This document shows positions 10,901-19,900 of a stretch of DNA of 47,810 nt, piece by piece. The DNA lies in NCBI GenBank assembly GCA_012514745.1, contig JAAYZR010000029.1, positions 1-47,810 of the forward strand, in the 5' to 3' direction. The notes under the pieces are model-generated. The model was not told the DNA's origin, made no database searches, and was given only the letters and a program-made list of their open reading frames with translations. A program made the position numbers and the translations under genes. Position 1 is the first letter of the stretch. The number at the start of each line of letters is the position of its first letter. Origin of the DNA: Candidatus Undivivens industriae. Its GTDB lineage: Bacteria; Omnitrophota; Gorgyraeia; Gygaellales; Profunditerraquicolaceae.

Positions 10901-13900
10901 GGGGATCGGGACGACGACGCCAGAAGAAAAATTGCATATTGGCACTGGAAGCATATTAATCGATAATAGCCAATTTTTTAAGCAGAAAGATTCGTCCGGG
11001 ACAGCGCGCCAAGTATTTGTTGCCGATTCTTCAAACAATCTTTATCTTGGTAGTAGCTCTGGATGGACTGGCGGTTTAGTATTGCAATATCCTAATACTG
11101 CAGTTCTAAAAATTTTAAGCGGTGCTTCTGAAAAGGTGCGTATCGACAGTTCCGGTAACGTCGGCATCGGGACGACCGCGCCGGGGGCGAAGTTAAACAT
11201 TGTATCCACAGGAGCAATTCACTCTGGAAGTCCTTCTCTGCTGATTGAGGATACAACATATCGGCCAACTTTAACGCTGAACGCACAAACTGACAAAGCA
11301 CAAGAAATTGTGTTTAAGAATCAGGGGACAACGAAGTGGTGGTTTTCAAATCGGGATGAGGCTGCAGAGGGGAGTCAATTAAGATTCTATTCAGGCGACG
11401 GTATTGCTCGTTTGGCGATTAGTCAAAATGGCAACGTCGGCATCGGGACTACGAGTCCGGCTACGCCTCTGACAATAAACGCGAGTAGTGCTGATCCGCA
11501 ATTTAGAATTACTAGAAGCGCAAGTCCAACGCAAGGAATGACTATAACTGCAGGGGCGGGTACAACAATATTTGCAAGTGTTGAGGGTACTGATTCAGTA
11601 TATGGCCGCTACCAATTTGATAGTACAAAGGGTGCTTCTACGGCAACTCGTATGTATATCGATAGTAACGGCAATGTCGGCATCGGGACGACGGCGCCAG
11701 ATAGACGTTTAACAGTTAAGCAGTCTGAATCAAATGTACCTGCTATTTTAGTAACGCGTTTTGATGAAAATGATATTTCGTATAAAGTTGGTATCGGTGA
11801 GCATTGGGATGCAACCAATGGGGAAGCAATGTATTTATATTCCGCCGCTGGGGTCGCGGGCGGCCTCGATTCTTCCAATGTTAAAATGGCGATTTTCAGT
11901 AACGGCAACGTGGGCATCGGAACAACGAGCCCGGCGTATAATCTGGATGTAAGCGGAGACATCCGGGCTACCGGGACGATTTACGGCGCAAGCGGCACGC
12001 AGGTACCGGTGGGGACCGGCACGGAGAATTACCTCTCCAAGTGGAGCGCGAGCGGCACGCTGGGGGATTCGGTGGTGTATGACGACGGGACGAATGTGGG
12101 GATAGGAACGACGACGCCGCAGGGAACTCTTGATGTTAACGGTATTATTTACATAGGAGGTGCTGACTCAAATATTAGATATAGGTCTGCGGGGGGAACA
12201 TCTTTTGCATTTCACGATGGTACAAGTGCTGAAAGTGTTGTTGCTAGAGATATAAGATTGTCAAGATCATTTTCGACAACAGATGATAATGATCCAGGGG
12301 AAGGAGGTATATACGCTGACGGAATTTTGAAAATTGCAGGTGCGGGGAATAGCTATATTCTTGGCAACGTCGGTATCGGGACGACGACGCCGACGCAAAA
12401 GCTGGACCTTAGCGCCAACATTGCCAACGGTGGATTCTTGGGAACGCAAACGCTTGATACCGGGAGAAGTGAAGGCCTTTTGGTGGGAGTTTATAAAGAA
12501 ACCACCGCTGGTGCTTATACCTTTTCCGGTTTATGGCCGTATGGCGTAACGCCAAGCAACACCAATTATATTTTCGGCACCACCGGGGCAACATCTGATA
12601 CTTATTTTGGGGCGCCGACGGGAAAATCAATGTATTTTCAAGTTGCTGCCGATTCCAAGATGATAATTACCAGTGCAGGCAACGTCGGCATCGGGACGAC
12701 GACGCCGGGACAGGCTTTGGATGTAATTGGCAATGTTAGGATATATAATAGTTCCACGACAGGTAAAGGTTTCTTGGGTTATAACGGTAGCGATACTGCA
12801 CATCGTTTCTCGATGGTGAGATCGGATAGTCCAGAAACAGGTACTTTGTCGATTTCTGCAATGGGCGGTATTGGTCTCACGGGTAATAAGAGTGCTGGGT
12901 ATGAAGGTAGTAATTACCAAATGTATCTAAGTAGTGCGGGCAACGTCGGCATCGGAACAACGAGCCCGGGGACAAAATTGGACGTGTATGGTTCTTTGCC
13001 GAAGATAAGAATTAGTGATTCGAGAGACCAAGATTGGTCAACAAACAATGTTCTTGGTTCTTTGGAATTTTATACTGCCGATACGGTTACAAGCGACCCG
13101 AGAGTAGCGGCATCAATCTCGCAAATTACAGACTATTCTGGCAGCCATAATACGCCACGCGGCGCGTTGCAATTCAATGTATCTACAACGGGCGCAGCTT
13201 CTGAAGCAATGAGGATTTCTAGCGCTGGTAACGTGGGCATCGGGACAACGAGCCCGGCGTATAATCTTGACGTCAGCGGCGATATCCGGGCTACCGGGAC
13301 GATTTACGGCGCAAGCGGCACGCAGGTGCCTGTGGGGACCGGCACGGAGAATTACCTCTCCAAGTGGAGCGCGAGCGGCACGCTGGGGGATTCGGTGGTG
13401 TATGACGACGGGACGAACGTCGGCATCGGGACGACAGCGCCGGGGGCGAAATTGGAAGTGGCTCATGGAGTTGCAAATTTTAAAGTAGAGGATTTGGGTA
13501 CTTATTCAACAAAACTTACGAGTTCAGGAGGGCTAGGTCTAAATGCTAATGGTGGCGGTTCTCTAGTTTTTCTGATTGCTGACACAGAGAAGGCGAGAAT
13601 AGATACTGCGGGCAACGTGGGTATCGGGACGACGACGCCGGAATATGAATTGGATGTGAATGGCGTGATACGGGCGCAGACGGCGATTATTGCAGGTATG
13701 AATGTCGAAACTCTCTCGGCAAATAAAACTTTGACTCCGGGCAGCGACAAAATGTACCAATATCTTGATCCAAATGGAGTTTCTCGCAATATAACTTTGG
13801 CCACTGCGACTGCCGTTACAGGCGATCGTTTCATCTTGCGTAATAATGCGGCTTCTTATAATTCATCTTATTATTTGGCGATCTACCAAAGTACGACGCT

Positions 13901-16900
13901 ATTGGATTATGTTTATGTCGGTTCGATCAAAGAATATGTGTTTGATGGCGTTAATTGGATTTCCGGATCGAATGGCAGTGGAGGGTATGATAATAAGAGA
14001 TACAATATCGCACTGGGGTATAATGCCATCGCTTATGACAGTGGAACCGCGTTGGGTTATGACGCTCGAGGGTATACGAGTGGCGCGGCGGTCGGAAACA
14101 ATTCATACGGATATAATTATGGCGCGGCGTTGGGAAGCGGATCCAAGGGGATGCGCTATGGCGTAGCTATTGGTTACCAAGCCGGTAAGACCCAGACAAC
14201 ATTATTTGATCTTTATAATGTTTTGGTGGGGGCTTATGCCGGTTATCAATTAACCGGAAATTCTGGCGTTGGTTTAGGCAATATTATGGTTGGTTATCAG
14301 TCCGGTTATGACGCAACTTATTCGCCAACCACAGGCTCTAAAAACATTCTTATCGGTTTCCAGGCCGGGGCGCCGAGTAATACCACTTCTAATTTCTTGA
14401 ACATTGGCAACGCGATATTCGCTACCGGCATCAACAATTCCACTTTTCCAGCTATCAGTGAGGCTAACGTCGGGATCGGAATAACAACGCCGAATGCACC
14501 ATTGCATGTAACCGCCGCTAAAACTAATAATATTCTTGCCAGATTTGAAGATACTTCTGCCTTATCAACGGGAGAATTAACCGGGATAAGAATACAAGGC
14601 AAGAATTCAATTGGCGATAGCCAGTATCTTGATTGGTTTTTTGAGCCCAATACCGGCAAATATGGATTCGGTTATGGGACAGGATCAACACATTTGCCTA
14701 TTAGCGCCGGATTATCGTATGCAGATTTAACGGTAGATAATCAAGGCAACGTCGGCATCGGAACTACCAGTCCCGCCTACACTTTGGACGTCAGCGGCGA
14801 TATCCGGGCTACCGGGACGATCTACGGCGCAAGCGGAACACAGGTGCCGGTGGGCACCGGCACGGAGAATTACCTCTCCAAGTGGAGCGCGAGCGGCACG
14901 CTGGGGGATTCGGTGGTGTATGACGACGGGACGAACGTCGGCATCGGGACGACGGATATTACTCGTGGCAAGATAGAGATTAAACAAGGTGTCAATACTA
15001 TAAATGGTGGTATCGGTATTACTAATTCCGGGGTTGCAGGCTCATTGAGATTATGGGTTGATGCCTCAAACATTGCACGTATCAGTAGCGGGGGAACGGA
15101 AGCATCCAATTTGGTGCTTAACGGCGAAGGTATCGGTAACGTCGGTATCGGGACGACCAGTCCAAGCGAGAAATTAGATGTTAGTGGTGCTACTAATACA
15201 TATGTTCGTTCGGTTACTACCGGTGCGAGTGGTTCAGCGGTATTTAAGGCGCAAAATGATGGTACGGCAAGCATTAATATGAGGGCAGATGGGAGTGGCC
15301 TCAGCGCAAATTCTTTATTTGGGTTAAGTCGCGCTAATCTTTTAGAGCTTTTTAGTCAGAATGGTGGTTTAGTGGTGGGGACGCTTGATGCTAATGATTT
15401 GACGCTTGGCACAAATAATACGGCCAATGTAACAATAAAGAGTGCCGGTAACGTCGGTATCGGGACGACCAGTCCGAGTGAATTGTTGCAAGTAGGCGGA
15501 ACTGCCATGGGGTCGGCGAATAGGCACGCAATTTCTTTAGGTGCGGATGGTTGGGGTGTTCCTGGGGTAAGCGGTGTAAATAGCAACGGCGATAAACTCA
15601 TTTTATTTAGGAATGAAACAACGAGTATGGGTCTGGGTGTCGAGAGTAGTAATATGTGGTTCCAGGCAACGCAATCCGGCAGTGCGGGCGGATTTAAATG
15701 GTATCAAAATGGGATCGCGACAATGATATTGAATACCTCCGGCAACGTCGGCATCGGGACGACGACGCCGGCAACAAAACTGGATATATTAGGTGACCTT
15801 ACTCTGTCAACCGCAAAAACTGGTACGGCGTCGCGGCAAATAGGCATGCGCAATGGTAACAATATTAGTTTGATGCAGTTTGACTTTCCTGAAGCGACAA
15901 GTATCCAATCTGATATTAGATTTTTTCGCGAAACCAATAATTCAGTTGCGCCGCAATTGATTATTTTCAAGGCTGATGGCACTAATTCTCCGCAAACCAG
16001 CTTTTCGGCTCGTGGTACTTCTTACATTAACGCAATATCCGGCAACGTCGGTATCGGAACTACCAGCCCCGCCTACACTTTAGACGTCAGCGGCGATATC
16101 CGGGCTACCGGGACGATTTACGGCGCAAGCGGAACACAGGTGCCTGTGGGGACCGGCACGGAGAACTACCTCTCCAAGTGGAGCGCGAGCGGCACTCTGG
16201 GGGACTCGGTGGTGTATGACGACGGGACGAATGTGGGCATCGGGACGACGGCGCCGGCAACAAAGTTGGATATTGACGGAACATTGGGCGTCTCGGCCAA
16301 TTCTTCATACACAACTTCGTCGGGTGCTGGTTTTGTATTTAGGAATTCAACTTCCCCGGATTATGAAATGTATGGCGGCTACGATATGTCGATTGACGGC
16401 GCTTTTTTGCAAGGAGTTCGAGTGGCTTCCCTTATCAAACCTTTTTACATAAATCCGCGCGGAGCCGATGTTAGTCTTGGCGCTATCGGGACGGGAATGA
16501 TCGTCAAAAGTTCCGGCAGCGTCGGCATCGGGACGACGAGCCCCAGTTCTAAATTGCATGTTGGTGGGACTACGGGGAATTCATACATTTCGTTACAGGG
16601 CGGAACAACCAGCTCAGATTACGGGATCGACTGGTTATTTAGTTCAGCTTCGACGAGATACGGTAGCATTAATTTAGATTGGGATACAAGAGCGACAAAA
16701 GGATTACGAATTGCCTCCGGTTATCCTATCTCATTTTATACAGCAGTTACGGACGGTGGCGACAGTGATGCTGATGTAATAATAGATAGTTCCGGCAATG
16801 TCGGCATCGGGACGGCGACACCTGGAGACAAGTTGGAAGTATACAAAGATCAGGCAAGCACAACTCGTATTACTGTAAATAATCCAAGCGTTGCTGATGG

Positions 16901-19900
16901 GGCATTTAAACTTATTTCATTCAAGGAAGGCTCAAATGAGCAGAGTTATATAGGAGTGGCTTCTAGCGGCGATGTGATCGAGCCTCACAGAATGTTTATT
17001 TGGAATACCGAAAACGCGAGATTACAGTTTGGTACGAATGGCACAGAAAAGATGACGATTTTAGGTAGCGGCAACGTCGGTATCGGCACGACGAGCCCCG
17101 CCTACACTTTGGACGTCAGCGGCGATATCCGGGCCACCGGAACGATCTACGGCGCAAGCGGCACGCAGGTGCCTGTGGGGACCGGCACGGAGAATTACCT
17201 CTCCAAGTGGAGCGCGAGCGGTACGCTGGGGGATTCGGTGGTGTATGACGACGGGACGAACGTCGGTATTGGGACGACCAGTCCGAATGCCTTGCTTGAT
17301 ATCTTGAACACAACAATTTCCCACTTAAGATTGTCTTATGATTCATCTCATTATTCCACCATTGGTGTCGATAGCAACGGGTATACCTATTTTGGTGGCA
17401 CATCCGGGAGGTTTTATTTCAATGCTAGTAATAAAAACAATGTATTTTATGTATATGATTATACTGATGGCGCCAGTAGTTACGCTACTTATAACGGGAG
17501 CAGTTATACTCTAAGGAAGCAGGGAAATACCACAGTATCAATACCGAATAATGGCAACGCCTATTTTAATCAAGGGAACGTCGGCATCGGGACAACGACG
17601 CCGGCAAGAAAATTGCATATCTATTCAACAGAATTAGTTTCCGCAATTTTCGAAAGAGATGTTGCTGCTGATGTTGGGATTCAATTTAAAAATCCGGCTT
17701 TTAACTGGACTTTTGGGTTTGATGATAGCCAAGAGACATTTTCTATTGCTGAAGCCTCTGATTTAAATTCTGGTAGTCAACACTTTGTAATTAAATCAGG
17801 TGGCAACGTCGGTATCGGAACGACGACGCCAGGGACACAATTGGAAGTGATGAGCGCTTCCGGAGGCATTGTAAGACTTAAGAGAGACGATATTATAGTA
17901 TCAGGCGGCGAGTTGTTGGGAGAATTACAATTCTATTCCAACGACAATAATTTGGATGCCGAAGGCGTTAGGGCAAAAATATCGGCGTTCAACAAAGAAT
18001 CTGACAGCGATGGCATTAAAACAAACCTTGCCTTCTATACGGTCAATGGGGTTGCGGATAATCTTGCCGAGGCAATGAGAATTGACGAAAGCGGCAACGT
18101 CGGCATCGGCACAACGACGCCCGCCTATAAGCTGGATGTCAGCGGCGACATTCGGGCTACCGGGACGATCTACGGCGCAAGCGGAACGCAGGTACCGGTG
18201 GGCACCGGCACGGAGAATTACCTCTCCAAGTGGAGCGCGAGCGGCACGCTGGGGGATTCGGTGTTGTATGATGACGGGACGAATGTGGGCATCGGGACGA
18301 CGAGCCCCTCCTATAAATTGGATGTTAATACTACCAGCGCTCTTCACTTAGGCAATTTATATGTTAGAGGTACCGGGTATAATCCTGTTCTGGATTCTGG
18401 TGCCAGCGCTGGGTCATTAACATTTGGTAGTGGTGTTAATAATCCGGGTGGAAGAATTGTCTCTTATGGCGGGATGCACGCGACTTTACCGGGAATTATT
18501 ACATTTAGCACAGGTATTGGTGAAACTGTTCCAGAGGTAATGCGTATAGATAGCACCGGTAACGTCGGCATCGGGACGGCGGCGCCAAACGCAGTACTCG
18601 AAGTAAGTAAAGCTAATAGTGGGGCAGAGCAAGTAGCAGGTATTTTTACGAATGCGGCAATTGCTGATGCAACTGCGGTGAGTTTTAAAATGCAAAATAG
18701 TACCGATACTTCTACCAATTACGGAGCGGTGAAATTCAAAAGCTCCCGTAATGTTGGCGGTTCGGCGGATTTGCTTATTCAAGCCTCAGACAATACTGGC
18801 GTATTGCAGGACAGGTTTATTATCGATAAATCCGGCAACGTCGGTATCGGGACGACGGCGCCGGGGGCGAAATTAGAAATAACTCCCGGATCGACTGTCG
18901 GCGATGAGGCAATCAATGTAAAAGATGAGTTTATTATTAAAAAAGTAAGTACGTCTGGATATCGCATAATGGGGCGGGGTTTTAATACGATTTCCGCGGC
19001 TGATTCGTCCGGTTTTGGTTTGTTGACAAGTTCTAATACGGCGCAGTTTTTAAATGCTAAGGGTATATTTTTGGGCGCAAGTTATGCTAGCAGCGCGGCG
19101 AATGAGGGAGAAATTCGTACTGCTGCCGAGACTAATTTAATATTTTCTCCGGCGGGAAGTACCGCGATGACTATTCTTAGTGGGGGCAATGTGGGCATCG
19201 GGACGACGGCGCCGGGGGAGAAGCTCGAGGTGGCCGGGGCAATAAAATCCTTAACCTCGACTCAATACACCGGGTTTTATCTACATAACGGGTCCCATAT
19301 GGTTGCGGACTTGAAAGGATTCGACGACGATAACGATAACGGCAACCTTCAGCTTTATGATAATGGCGTTGTGGGGATAAAAATCCAGGGTGCCGGTGAA
19401 TCTTACTTTAATGGCGGCAACATCGGCATCGGCACAACGGCTCCGGGGGCGACATTAGACGTGGTAGCACGGGCTATAACGGGGCAGGAATCAGTTATGA
19501 AATGGTCTGTGGCTGATGCAGCGGATGCTTATATTGATATTAGAAATAATACTTCTACTGATGGGCAAGCGATGTTAGCTTTTAGGGGTGTTAATGCTAA
19601 TAATGTTGGACCAGCCTTAAGTTTTATTGGGGACGTTACTTCGTCTCGTGATTCTGGAACGTCCGGAGCGATTACATTTCAGGCCCGAAAAGGTTCTGGG
19701 GTGGTAGCTAATCGTCCCGCAATCGTTTTCGATAATTATACGGAAAGATTGATGACAATTTTGAGTTCCGGCAACGTGGGCATCGGGACGACGGCGCCGG
19801 GGGAGAAACTGGAAGTGAGCGGAGCTGTTCCAATGATAAAAATAATTGATCCTTCCTATCCTGACCGTAATATTAAAGTGGGAGTTGTCAATTCGGGCGG

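Noticed and set aside
6756-18299. CRISPR array interpretation of the repeat-spacer pattern
   Set aside because: The repeats are 207 bp, the spacers about 0.6-1.3 kb, everything is in frame within one ORF, and no cas genes are present.
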